Translations under genes and position numbers: made by a program
Shown here: one piece after another, positions 1 through 9,844 of the stretch
How positions within the stretch are numbered: position 1 is the first letter of the stretch
How the letters are laid out: the number at the start of each line of letters is the position of its first letter
Notes under the pieces: model-generated
Databases searched by the model: none
The model's input: the letters and a program-made list of their open reading frames with translations, nothing else
Told to the model about the DNA's origin: nothing
Assembly: GCA_965249055.1 (NCBI GenBank)
Contig: CBDFKX010000002.1
Span: 1,481,835 to 1,545,834, forward strand
Direction: 5' to 3'
From: Candidatus Aldehydirespiratoraceae bacterium
Lineage (GTDB): Bacteria; Actinomycetota; Acidimicrobiia; Acidimicrobiales; Aldehydirespiratoraceae
DNA length: 64,000 nt

Positions 1-2
1 AG

Positions 3-368
3 CCTCGTATTGGCCTTACCGCAGCGGGGTGGCAGCTCCTCGCTGCCTTTGAGGGTCTCTCGGTCGACGAACCCCATGCCCCGGCATCCTTAGCCGCGTT
101 CCTCACTCACCTCAAGGAGCACGCCCCCGCCGACTTGAGGGGCTTCGTCGAGATCCTGGGAGCGATCGGCCCAAAGGGGGCAACACGCCAGGACGTTCTC
201 GACCACGCAAGTACGCAATGGCCCGAGTGGAACGAGAATGAGGTCTCGACCAACGCTGCTGGCTATATCGCCCGTGCCCGAGAGTGGGGACTTGTCGAAC
301 CGAAGCAATCCAATTTTCACTACCACCTGACACCTCTTGGCGTCGAACACATCATGGAAGGAAAGTAA
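3..368 (+). CDS. 5'-partial CDS, winged-helix/HTH-like protein, coupled to the downstream ATPase
   Basis: The frame is open from the window edge (...GLTAAGWQLLAAFEGLSV...GATRQDVLDHAS...GYIARAREWGLVEP...YHLTPLGVEHI). Stop TAA 366-368 overlaps ATG 368 of the next gene. Confidence 0.4.
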   Translation, partial: PRIGLTAAGWQLLAAFEGLSVDEPHAPASLAAFLTHLKEHAPADLRGFVEILGAIGPKGATRQDVLDHASTQWPEWNENEVSTNAAGYIARAREWGLVEPKQSNFHYHLTPLGVEHIMEGK

Positions 369-2704
369 TGACCATCAACGAGAAGATTGTGGAGCAGGCG
401 CTCAGCGCCCGCACGCCACAGGAAGCCGCTGCGGTTCAGGATCTGATTGCCTCGGCCATCGGGAAGCGTTACGAGCGCCCGCTCGGCGATAGGTGGAACA
501 ACCAGGGCATTCTGACTGGATCGGGTGCAAGTTACGACCACAAGTCACTCGAAGTGGTCACGAACATGCAAGACGCGGTCCTTGAACTGGAGGCGCTCCG
601 CAACTACGGCTCCCGGGATGGCACTCCCTTCTCCACCCCTCACGAGGCCGCAGGCTCGCTCTTCGCCAGCCTCAACAGGAGGCAGAAGGCGGAGTTTACA
701 ACCGTAACGATCGACAGTGCTGGCGTCGGATCGGACAAGAAGCGCATCACTCTAACAATGCGCGACTTCGGATGTGGAATCGCCGATACCGACGTCCCCG
801 AGAGTATCTTCTGCGTCGGGGCGAAGAACAAGGACGGGGTTGACTGGCAGCAGGGCACTTTCGGCCTTGGTGGTACGACCACCTACAGGAATGCGGAGGC
901 CGTTGTGCTCGTAACCCGCCAGCACCCCGAACTCTTGGAACCTGGCCAGAGCGACCGGATCACGGTCGCAGTCGTGCAGTGGGAGAGGCAGCGCACCACA
1001 ATCAACGCGTACTACCTCGTCGTCGCCGGGTGGGACAATAGCGACCACTCTTCATTTGCCCAGGCCTTGCCTTTGTCAATCCCCGCGACCGACTTCCCTG
1101 ACTTCGAACCAGGCACGCATGTAGCGCTCATCGCCTACGACACTGAGGGGTTCGCCCGTAGGTCGGGCGATGAGAAGTCTTTCGACATGGTCCTAAACAC
1201 GCGCCTCTTCAGACCGGTCCTACCCATCGTGTACCGCAACAACATCACCCGGCCAGACCGTGACGAGGTCCTAGACGGGCTTGCACGTCGGCTCGAGGAC
1301 AATCCCAGCGAAACGGGTATTGAGGGGGAGGACACCCTCCCCTTCAATCACGACGGTGAGACGTACCAGCTTCCAATCCAGTTCCGGCTCTTTTCCAAAC
1401 CTGGTGAGAGAGGTGAACGCCGCAACTTCGTTGCTCACGGTCATGCGCTATTGATCACCTCCAACGGACAGGTTCACTCCCATTGGACTCCACAGGACTT
1501 CAGACAGCGTACGAAGCTAAACAAGCTGCATGACCGCGTCCTCGTCGAAGTCCGAAGCGATGCCCTGCCCATCGAGGTCCGCACGGAGCTCTTCACAGCT
1601 GACCGGACCCAGCTCGTTCGCATCAGCGTCGCCATGCGACTTGAGAAGGAGATCGCCGCCTTCCTAGACCAGTGGGCAGAACTGTACGACGCCAACAGGG
1701 CGCTCATCCGTGAGGCGATAACGGGGGACAACAACGACCGCCCAACTATCGCCATCGCCGAGAAGATCGCCCGCGCCTTCAAGGCGAAGGGCTTCTCCCT
1801 CGGCGGAGTCGGAACCCGAGGAGGTGGAGGTGGCACCAAACCGCCGGACCCCACCCCTCCTGAAGATCTTTACGACGATCCGACCCACCTTGAGGGGCCA
1901 GAAACGGTTGAGGCGGTCCTTGGCGAGGTCAAGGGGATCCACTTCAAGCTCAACGCCAGGGATGGCTTTATCAGCCGTCGCGTCACCCCTCGGGTTACCT
2001 GCGATCACCCCGACATAGGGCCCTCGGAGATCACCATCGGCGAACTCCGCTCAGGCCGGTTCCGAGTGGCAATCGCCGTTCCAGAGAGTGCCGATCTGGG
2101 CAACTACAAGCTTGAGATCGAGTTGGATGATTGGGCCAGGTCCTCCGGGGGACTCGGTCCTCGCTTCGAGTGGACGACCAAGATCGAGTTTGTTGATGAC
2201 ATCATACCGAGGCCCGCTCCGAAACGCGGTGGAGGTAAGAAGAAGGGCAAGTCGGGCCCCGACGAGGGAGGGCTAGTGGCTCTGATCTGGAAGAGCGATA
2301 CCGAGGATGGTGTCAACTGGAGTCCTGCCACCGTCGGAGAGATCGAGATGGTACCTGGCAAGGATCTAGCCGACAAGCGCCCTGAGTACAAGGATCTCGC
2401 CAAGATCGACACCGAGATTCCCACCATCGTCCTCAACCGTACGTTCTCGCCACTCAAGTCCTACGTCCAGGCTCGGGCCGTCAAAATCGCTGAGGAGCAC
2501 AAAGAAAGAGCGCGTGAGCGGTACGCTGTTGGCGTTGGCGTCGCCCTCTTAGTCCTCGACGACGAGGAACGCAAGGCAGCTGGGAAGGCTGGCAAGCCGA
2601 TCGACGAGGCGGCCCGAACAGCGGGAAAGGTCGCTGCCGCTCGCGCCGTACTCAGCGTGCTACCGGATACGACCGTCTCGCGAAGGAGCTTGACGATTGA
2701 CTGA
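368..2704 (+). CDS. GHKL-superfamily (MORC/MutL/Hsp90-like) ATPase with a long uncharacterised C-terminal region
   Basis: Bergerat-fold motifs occur in order: LEVVTNMQDA (ExxxNxxDA), MRDFGCGI (DxGxG), QQGTFGLGG (GxxGxG). These are followed by a Gly/Pro linker, a beta-rich segment and a Lys/Gly-rich segment. ATG at 368 (MTINEK...) is preferred over the track start at 284. Confidence 0.6.
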   Translation: MTINEKIVEQALSARTPQEAAAVQDLIASAIGKRYERPLGDRWNNQGILTGSGASYDHKSLEVVTNMQDAVLELEALRNYGSRDGTPFSTPHEAAGSLFASLNRRQKAEFTTVTIDSAGVGSDKKRITLTMRDFGCGIADTDVPESIFCVGAKNKDGVDWQQGTFGLGGTTTYRNAEAVVLVTRQHPELLEPGQSDRITVAVVQWERQRTTINAYYLVVAGWDNSDHSSFAQALPLSIPATDFPDFEPGTHVALIAYDTEGFARRSGDEKSFDMVLNTRLFRPVLPIVYRNNITRPDRDEVLDGLARRLEDNPSETGIEGEDTLPFNHDGETYQLPIQFRLFSKPGERGERRNFVAHGHALLITSNGQVHSHWTPQDFRQRTKLNKLHDRVLVEVRSDALPIEVRTELFTADRTQLVRISVAMRLEKEIAAFLDQWAELYDANRALIREAITGDNNDRPTIAIAEKIARAFKAKGFSLGGVGTRGGGGGTKPPDPTPPEDLYDDPTHLEGPETVEAVLGEVKGIHFKLNARDGFISRRVTPRVTCDHPDIGPSEITIGELRSGRFRVAIAVPESADLGNYKLEIELDDWARSSGGLGPRFEWTTKIEFVDDIIPRPAPKRGGGKKKGKSGPDEGGLVALIWKSDTEDGVNWSPATVGEIEMVPGKDLADKRPEYKDLAKIDTEIPTIVLNRTFSPLKSYVQARAVKIAEEHKERARERYAVGVGVALLVLDDEERKAAGKAGKPIDEAARTAGKVAAARAVLSVLPDTTVSRRSLTID

Positions 2705-2747
2705 AATCCCGCGGTCCGAGAGGGTTGCCGTGTCTGGTAGCAGAACG

Positions 2748-3140
2748 CTACTGACCATTTCCATCCCATTTTGGCTCTGTCTGTGGGGTTTGGGCCGTCG
2801 CCTCAGGGGGCTTTGTGAGCGACCCGTCGAGCGCGACCTCAGACAAGTCGAGGCCCACGATCCGGTCAAAGGCTTCCAGCGCCTCGCCGCAAACCCGGTC
2901 GAACACCCCGACCGCGATCCATTCGTCGCGGCGGCCCCGAAGCGTGGTGTCAGACACCTCAAAATCCATGATCGCTTCCACATCGACCCACGACGCCCCC
3001 GAGATGATCCCCCGAAAACACACCCTGTCAGCGATCCGCGGTCGGTGACAACCCAACGGATGGCCCCGATCCGGCGGCGGCAACAACCACTTAGCAGACT
3101 CCGAGGCGAATCCGTTCCGGCTTAGCCGAGATAGCAACAA
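2748..3140 (-). pseudogene. IS5-family transposase N-terminal fragment (DUF4096-like)
   Basis: ...LLPPPDRGHPLGCHRPRIADRVCFRGII..ASW.DV...RRDEWIAVGVFDRV...LDLSEVALDGSLTK matches the N-terminal half of IS5/IS427-type transposases. The DDE half is absent. Confidence 0.6.
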
Positions 3141-3390
3141 GTTGGGGTTCGAGTAGGGCGAAGCTCTGCGCCGAGGATCGCTGACGCTGCCACTCGCTGA
3201 AGCGAGGTCTGCGAGTCGGTGTCACAGCCTCGTGTCATCGTTGGGTTCTCGATTCCGGTGAGTTCCATGACGTGCCAAATGCGATTTCCCCGCAAGGCCG
3301 GGATCGAGGCAGTTGATCCAATACCAGGCTGCTCGGGTATCGCCCGACTCGCAGCTGTCGGCTACTACTCTCCGTGAAAGGATCCCAAGC

Positions 3391-4461
3391 ATGGCCTATA
3401 GAACCATCGACCTCTTTGCAGGAGCGGGCGGGCTCACCGCAGGCTTCTGGCTGGCTCGCGACAGCACAGGAGTTGAACTCTACGATCCTGTCTTCGCGGT
3501 GGAGCACGAGCCGGCGGCTGCAGCCACCTACAAGGCCAACTTCGGCATACACGTCCATGACGGGGACATCGAGTTCATGGACCCCAGGGTGTACCCCAGC
3601 GCCGACATCATCATCGGAGGGCCGCCCTGTCAGGGATTCTCTCCGCTGGGCCGTGACCGCGACCCCGACTCAAAGGCGGCACTCAACGGATTGTGGGAGC
3701 ATTTCCTTGCCGCAGTCGTGCAGGTGCGACCGCGCGCGTTCGTGATCGAGAACGTCCCCCAGTTCCAGCGCTCCGCCCAGTTCAACGAGCTATTGGACCG
3801 GATGGCTAATCACCCCTTCCTGTCGCAGTTCGGCTGTGGCTACGGGGTACTGAATGCCGCGGACTACGGGGTGCCGCAGACCAGGAGACGGGGCATCTTC
3901 ATGGCGGTCTACAAACAGTCCGTGCCTTGGCCTCCTCCGCCGACGCACGGCGACTCCCCGATGTTCGAGCAGCCGTATCGCACAGTGCGCGACGCGATCT
4001 CCGACCTTCCGGCCGAACCCACGACGGATCAACCCACCACAGCCGACGACGGCTCCCAGGATCTCCATATCCGACGCAACCCGCGGGAAACCTCTCTGCA
4101 GCGTTACCGGGCTATCCCACCGGGAGGGAACCGCTTCGATCTGCAGCGCAATCGGCCCGACATCACGCCGGCCTGCTGGCTCAACAAGCCCACGGGCACT
4201 ACTGACGTGATGGGTCGGATGTGGTGGGATAAACCCGGGCCGACGATACGGACCGAGTTCTTCAAGCCCGAGAAGGGACGTTACCTACATCCCGAACACG
4301 ACAGGCCTATCACCCACCGCGAGGCCGCTCGGCTCCAGAGCTTCCCCGACGCCTTCATCTTTGAAGGATCCAAGATCGAGATCGCTCGCCAGATCGGGAA
4401 CGCAGTCCCGCCCGTGCTTGCCCGTGAGATAGCCCTGCACCTGGCGCGCATCCTCGAATAA
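3391..4461 (+). CDS. DNA (cytosine-5)-methyltransferase, partner of the NaeI-like endonuclease
   Basis: IDLFAGAGGLTAGF (motif I), GGPPCQGFS (motif IV), ENV, QTRRR, QIGNAVPP (motif X). Convergent with the nuclease gene across a 43-nt gap. Confidence 0.9.
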   Translation: MAYRTIDLFAGAGGLTAGFWLARDSTGVELYDPVFAVEHEPAAAATYKANFGIHVHDGDIEFMDPRVYPSADIIIGGPPCQGFSPLGRDRDPDSKAALNGLWEHFLAAVVQVRPRAFVIENVPQFQRSAQFNELLDRMANHPFLSQFGCGYGVLNAADYGVPQTRRRGIFMAVYKQSVPWPPPPTHGDSPMFEQPYRTVRDAISDLPAEPTTDQPTTADDGSQDLHIRRNPRETSLQRYRAIPPGGNRFDLQRNRPDITPACWLNKPTGTTDVMGRMWWDKPGPTIRTEFFKPEKGRYLHPEHDRPITHREAARLQSFPDAFIFEGSKIEIARQIGNAVPPVLAREIALHLARILE

Positions 4462-4504
4462 CGCGGGTATCCCGTGGATCACGCTCAGATCGATCTAGCT
4501 GCCC

Positions 4505-5641
4505 TCAGCCTGCTGGCCCGGACTCGATGATCTGTCGGCTCAACCCGAGATAGAGGTCACGGTCGGGACTCGGCCCCGATTTTATTTCGGCACCAGCAAG
4601 TCGCCACCACCCATCACCCAGCCAGACGCTGTTATCCGTTCCATGCTCGGCAGGGACTACCCGGCAAGAAACCAGTTCCCCCTTGTAAGGAACAGGAAGA
4701 TCCAATCCTCGGGCGATGTGGGGGTCAGCCCCCTGGTGGCCCAGGATCAAGAACCCCTCGCCGCCAAGGTTTTTGGCCAACCTCGCATCACGCGCCCGCT
4801 TCATCGGGTCCTTCTGCTGGGCGACAGTCACCATGGTCGACCGGTCGATGATCTCGCGCTGGATCTCGCGCAGCAGGGCGTTCACGCGCCCCTGGCCCGA
4901 AGTGTTCAGCAAGATTGCACGACGGTTCTCTTGGCTCATCCGTCGAAGCGGGTTCGGTGGAAGGTTCTGCAGTCCACTCCAAAGCCAATAGATGCTCTTG
5001 ATCCCGTCGTCGTTCAGACGCCGCTTGTTGTCCCGGTTGTACTGCCTACGACTCTGACCGGAGTCGTCGGTCTTGAATTTGAGCAGGTCATCGCGGATCT
5101 GAACGACACCGGCGGCCCATTGCGCATCGTCGTCGTTCATCCATACCAGGAGTGCGAGATGGTCGGCGGTGCCCGGTTGCTCGTGGTCGTCGCAGAGGTA
5201 CATCTCCATCGGGATCTCCCAACCGCCGAGGTCCTTGGAGAACTTGCAATCGACCTCGTGCCCATCGATCTCCCAGTCGAGGTCGGTGCCGTCGGAGATG
5301 TCGAATTCGATTGTGAGCCCGAGTTCAACCTTGGTGCCCAAGTGGGTCTTCTCCGTCTTTTTGAGCTGTTGGTAGCACCATCGCCGTGTGCGCTGCCCGT
5401 CGAGCAGTTCGTCCAAGGAGTCGCGGAGTACCCAGGCGAATCGCTCAAGACCGTCTGGTTGCTCTTCGAACCAACGAACAAGATCCGTGAGAGCAGGGGT
5501 AGGTGACGAGGACTCTTCACTGGGAGGACGCCGCTTGGTGGACATCCGTGCCTTCGGGTCGTCAGCGAAGCCTTCTGGCGGCGCGCCACGGGACCCCCTC
5601 GATCTTGTCCTTCTACGTCGCATGGAGTCCGGTTGGGTCAC
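4505..5641 (-). CDS. NaeI-family type II restriction endonuclease
   Basis: From memory it resembles R.NaeI along its length: ...RRWCYQQLKKTEKTHLGTKVE..., DLDWEIDGHEVDCKFS (D...D-C-K), TVAQQKDPMKRARD, FLILGHQGADPHIARGLDLPVPYKGELVSCRVVPAE. An internal ATG at 5545 is an alternative start. Confidence 0.7.
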   Translation of the reverse strand: MTQPDSMRRRRTRSRGSRGAPPEGFADDPKARMSTKRRPPSEESSSPTPALTDLVRWFEEQPDGLERFAWVLRDSLDELLDGQRTRRWCYQQLKKTEKTHLGTKVELGLTIEFDISDGTDLDWEIDGHEVDCKFSKDLGGWEIPMEMYLCDDHEQPGTADHLALLVWMNDDDAQWAAGVVQIRDDLLKFKTDDSGQSRRQYNRDNKRRLNDDGIKSIYWLWSGLQNLPPNPLRRMSQENRRAILLNTSGQGRVNALLREIQREIIDRSTMVTVAQQKDPMKRARDARLAKNLGGEGFLILGHQGADPHIARGLDLPVPYKGELVSCRVVPAEHGTDNSVWLGDGWWRLAGAEIKSGPSPDRDLYLGLSRQIIESGPAG

Positions 5642-5715
5642 ACCGCGGGTCTACCGGGACCGTCGTGGTTTTGGCAACCCTGCACACTGCACTTGCCGGG
5701 AATGCCGACTGGGAA

Positions 5716-6138
5716 CTAACGCCGGCTACCAACGGTTGTCTCGCCCTGAGGTCGCGCCGTCCCCTTGGCCGAAGTGCGGACCGACTCCTGGACTAGGTCA
5801 GCTACCGACTCGGGGTCTTCGTGCTCCCAGAACCGCAGCACCGTCCACCCCGCCTGCTGCAGGTAGGTCGTAGTCTCGGCGTCCCGTTCGACGTTGCGGG
5901 CGATCTTGTCGGCCCAGAACTCCGAGTTGGTGGCGGGCTGGGTGTGGTGCTCGGGGCAGCCGTGCCAGTAACAGCCGTCCACGAACACCGCGATCCGGCT
6001 CTTCCGCAGTACCAGATCAGCGGTACGGGGCAGTTCCGGCTGGGGACGGACCGAGACCCTGAAGCGGATACCTCGTCGATGCACCGCAGAGCGTACGGCC
6101 AACTCGGGCTTCGTATCGCGGCTCCGATTGCCCTGCAT
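5716..6138 (-). CDS. vsr: very short patch repair endonuclease
   Basis: NRSRDTKPE, IAVFVDGCYWHGCPEHH, TNSEFWADKIARNVERD, GWTVLRFWEHE. Lies 74 nt upstream of the NaeI-like nuclease gene on the same strand. The track ORF extends to 6201. Confidence 0.85.
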   Translation of the reverse strand: MQGNRSRDTKPELAVRSAVHRRGIRFRVSVRPQPELPRTADLVLRKSRIAVFVDGCYWHGCPEHHTQPATNSEFWADKIARNVERDAETTTYLQQAGWTVLRFWEHEDPESVADLVQESVRTSAKGTARPQGETTVGSRR

Positions 6139-6446
6139 CGACTTGCGGTTGCCGGGCGATGAAGCCCAAGACGTGCTCCCAGAGCCTTCGGCCACCTTCA
6201 AGACAATAGTGGATCAGTCGATCCGACACGGTGCCTCGGCACCGCTGCCCGATCCTGTGTTGGTCGCTGGTCGGATCAAGCCGCGCCATCATTCCCGTCC
6301 AGGTCGCCTGGTGATCGCTGCTGTCACACCCCTGCTGTGTGCTTGTGGTGTGGACTCTCCAGGAATTGATCGGAAGGCGCGAGGGGTGCAATTGCGTCTT
6401 GGTGATGGGCAGAGGGTGCGCGCCCGGGCCGACCGCAGCGGGCAGA

Positions 6447-7543
6447 CTGAGGGCGTGACCGTTGGCTCCGCGATCTCGCTCTTCTCCGGCGCCGGGGGTC
6501 TCGACTTGGGGATCGAGTCGGCGGGGTTCGCCGCACTGGCCGCGGTGGAATGGGACGATGATGCCTGCGATACCTTGGAGAAGAACGCCCCGATCTACTT
6601 TCAGAGTCTCCGCGAGGTGGTTCGGGCCGACCTCTACCCGCTTGCCACCGGCGCAGGTGAGGGTCTGACCACGCGGGACATCCTCCGTGCGGCAGGCCTG
6701 TCGAGCCGGGAGAGGCCTGATCTGCTCGTGGGTGGGCCACCTTGCGTTGCATTCTCCAAGTCAGGCTTCTGGCTCGACTGGAAGCGTGACGGCGTCGACC
6801 CCGCAGCGAGTCTGCTGCAGGCCTATACCCGTGTGCTTGCCGAGGCAAGGCCCCGCTACTTCATTTTTGAGAACGTGTACGCGCTGACCTTCAACAACAA
6901 GGCGAGCAAGCCGGCGTTCACCCGATTGCTGGCGGAGATCGAGGCGGCGGGATACCGGTTTTGGTGGCAAGTGTTGAACACGGCCGACTACGGAGTGCCC
7001 CAGGCCCGTCCTCGTTTGTGTGTCGTGGGGTGTCGCAAGAGAGACACACTGCCTGATCCGCCGGATCCGACTCACCACGGACCATGGGAACGACGAACTA
7101 CGACCGGTGGGCCGCTGCCCCACGTCACGGCTGGCGAGGCGCTCACCGGGTTGATCACCGACCCCGAGCCCCAGGAGGTGATGCGAGGGCGTTGGAGCCA
7201 TCTCCTGCCTGAGGTCCCGCCTGGTGACAACTACCTTTATTTCACGGAGAAGCGTGGTCATCCAGCGCCGATCTTCGAGTGGCGGTCGCGGTATTGGTCG
7301 TTCCTGTTGAAGCTCGATCCAGACAGGCCGTCACCGACGATCCAGGCTCAGCCTGGTCCCAACGTCGGTCCGTTCCACTGGGACAACCGTCGCCTTCGTG
7401 TCCCGGAGCTTCGTAGGCTCTTCACGTTCCCGGACGACTTCGCGTTCGTCGGCAAGCGAGCATCAGTGCAGGCTCAGATCGGGAACTCGGTGCCTCCGCT
7501 ATTCTCGGAGCAGGTCGCTCGAGTCGTTGCGGCTGAGTGCTAG
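6447..7543 (+). CDS. second DNA (cytosine-5)-methyltransferase
   Basis: ISLFSGAGGLDLGIE, GGPPCVAFSKSG, FENV, QARPR, QIGNSVPP. The track start at 6128 overlaps vsr. GTG candidates at about 6385-6447 are more plausible. Confidence 0.85.
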
Positions 7544-7567
7544 CGCGGCCGAACTGAGGAGTGGGCC

Positions 7568-8731
7568 GTGACGGATCTGGCTGGCCGCAGCTACCTCCCC
7601 AAGCTGTACCGCATCTCCAAGTCCCGCGAAACCGTCGTGGACCTGTTGCTCAGAGGTATCGAGGATGGAGGCGGGCGATTGGTTTCATGCTCCTTCCCGG
7701 CCAAGAAGCTGGCACCCATCTACATCGGTGCTGAAGACAGTGACAACCATCGCTTCGGCCTCGTTGTCTATCCGTTCACAACTACAAGGCGAACCACCAG
7801 AAACCGACCCAACACAGAGCACCGCTTCCAGATCCGCTACGGCGACCCAGGACGGGTTCGCCTTGAGCTGAACCCGGTCGGCCATGATCCCGCTGGAGTG
7901 GACATCACTCTGATACTCGCTGTCGACCCCGAGACGGGCATCATCGTCGGCCTGGATCCCCTCGTCTACGCGCAGCTCCCGATGGGAATCTCGGGTTACT
8001 ACCGGGACACGAATGCGGAGGGCGTGATGAGCACGGGTTGGGCCTGGTGGGCGAGGGAGAAGACAAGACCGCGCACGCCCCAGGGCGAGGGTTGGGACGG
8101 TCTGGAATCCATGGTTGGCTTCCGTCCTGATCGCTTGCTTGACTTCGCCCGTTTCGAGGCGCTCGCAACGAGTCTGGGGTTCGACACGGGTCTGCGCCTC
8201 AGCCTCGCCGAGCACTTCCTTCATGGCAGGATCGGTCGCCACGACCTTGAGACTCTCTACGGTGTCAGTGCAGCCACCATCCTCGACATCATCGAGTCGA
8301 ACTTTCGTCTCGGCGTTGCTGTGCGGGGAAGCATTGCAGAACACCACCTAGGTAACTTCCTCGATGGTGATCAGTGCATCGCCTCCTACGAGTCGATCGA
8401 CCAGGACGGAATGCCGGACTTCCGGATCTGGCTCGACGATGGACGCGAACTGACGATCGAGTGCAAGAACGCTCTCAGCGAGACCTACAAGGACGGCGAC
8501 GCAAAGGTAGAGACCCAGAAAACGCGCGACTCCGGCGCGGGAAGAAAGTACGCCTACGACGCCTTCGACATCGTCGCAGCGTGCATGTTCCCGGTCACCA
8601 AACGATGGATGTTCAAGTTCAAGTGGGCCCGCGATCTAACGCCGTGGAACAAAGACAACACAAGGATCGGCGCCATCCAGCGAATCGACGACACCTGGGT
8701 CAACTCCCTCAACGACCTGCTCAAGAGTTAG
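7568..8731 (+). CDS. putative restriction endonuclease (PD-(D/E)xK) cognate to the second m5C methyltransferase
   Basis: Begins 25 nt after the methyltransferase. The C-terminal region carries GMPDF...DGRELTIECKN (PD...E-x-K). No recognisable family otherwise. Confidence 0.4.
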   Translation: MTDLAGRSYLPKLYRISKSRETVVDLLLRGIEDGGGRLVSCSFPAKKLAPIYIGAEDSDNHRFGLVVYPFTTTRRTTRNRPNTEHRFQIRYGDPGRVRLELNPVGHDPAGVDITLILAVDPETGIIVGLDPLVYAQLPMGISGYYRDTNAEGVMSTGWAWWAREKTRPRTPQGEGWDGLESMVGFRPDRLLDFARFEALATSLGFDTGLRLSLAEHFLHGRIGRHDLETLYGVSAATILDIIESNFRLGVAVRGSIAEHHLGNFLDGDQCIASYESIDQDGMPDFRIWLDDGRELTIECKNALSETYKDGDAKVETQKTRDSGAGRKYAYDAFDIVAACMFPVTKRWMFKFKWARDLTPWNKDNTRIGAIQRIDDTWVNSLNDLLKS

Positions 8732-8946
8732 TTCCAGCGCTGAACCCACGGCTGTCTCGGGCTTCGTGTCGTGGTTTCGGTTGGCCTGCATTGACTCGCG
8801 GTTGTGAAGCAATAGAGTCCAAGACTGGCTTCCTGACCGTCAGACGCTTACAAGACCATGACTGGCTCGACCGCTGTGAGGTCCCATCTGGCGCCGAGCC
8901 ATGGGCGATTCGAGCTTTCTGATTTATGGCGATGCGCCGTAGTGGA

Positions 8947-8962
8947 TCGAACATATGTTCGA
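8947..8962. promoter_or_regulatory. LexA SOS box (actinobacterial/Gram-positive type)
   Basis: TCGAACATATGTTCGA is a perfect match to TCGAAC-N4-GTTCGA. It is embedded in an 18-bp perfect palindrome (8946-8963) at the 5' end of the RDD gene. Confidence 0.6.
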
Positions 8963-9632
8963 TACATTATGGACCATGTGCGAGAATCACGTTGAAGGTC
9001 AGAGGCCCGTTACAGGCGAATCCCTCCTAGAGAATGGAACACGTGTCGAACTGGCCTCGCCTGGCGCACGCCTGCTCGCACGCCTGGCAGACACGTTCTT
9101 TGTGTTCTTTCTCGCAGCTGTTGTTCTGATCGTCATCCACAGCCTTCGTGTAGGGCACTTCGAGGAGCCCGAGATTGTGGAACTAGGAGGCCTGGAGGGA
9201 GCTGTCATCGGGGCGGTGTGGTTACTCTATGAAATCGCCGGGTATAGGCGCTGCGGGTCCGGATCGTCGCTGGGTAAGCGCTTGCTGAGAATCCGAGCCG
9301 TTAACGCGAGGGATGGTAGCGCTGTCTCTCTCTGGGCTGCCCTGAACCGCTGGAGCATACTGGCCGGTGGACTGATTGTTTTGGTGATCGCGAGCGGATC
9401 AAACCCGCCCCTGACCTATGTTGCTTTTTCTGCCGTGAGCGCTGTGTCTATACTCTGGTCTCCGACGCGGCAGGGGTGGCATGACATGGCCGCAGGATCC
9501 GTTGTGATCCAGGTGCCAACATGGACGTTTGCTACGTTGTGGGAGCGATTTCGTGAGTCGCGTCGCGAAGATTTGGAGTTGTTGCGCGGTATTCGACGGC
9601 GGATCAAATCGGCTTTCCCCAGCAGACGCTAG
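8955..9632 (+). CDS. RDD-family integral membrane protein
   Basis: ARLLARLADTFFVFFL, hydrophobic segments, and GWHDMAAGSVVI near the C-terminus. ATG 8976 (MCENH...) is an alternative start that would place the SOS box fully upstream. Confidence 0.65.
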   Translation: MFDTLWTMCENHVEGQRPVTGESLLENGTRVELASPGARLLARLADTFFVFFLAAVVLIVIHSLRVGHFEEPEIVELGGLEGAVIGAVWLLYEIAGYRRCGSGSSLGKRLLRIRAVNARDGSAVSLWAALNRWSILAGGLIVLVIASGSNPPLTYVAFSAVSAVSILWSPTRQGWHDMAAGSVVIQVPTWTFATLWERFRESRREDLELLRGIRRRIKSAFPSRR

Positions 9633-9844
9633 AGCCTCGGCCACCAGATCTCCGCTATCTCAAAGCGGGCGCCATTGTTCACCGGGCTGCTGGCGGATTG
9701 TCGGAGCTAACTAATCCTCATCTTCTTGCCGCTTCGTAGGTACCGTCCTGAAGCGCTGAATCGTGACCCCCGACCTCAGAGGCGCTATGTGAGGCGGAAC
9801 GACGCAGCCCGAACTCACAACCGTTTCCTGCAAAAAGTCTGGCC

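Noticed and set aside
6128-6446. The track start (6128) of the second m5C methyltransferase, giving a 100-residue N-terminal extension.
   Set aside because: The extension overlaps the vsr coding region on the opposite strand and is Arg/Pro-rich. Motif I begins only at about 6460.
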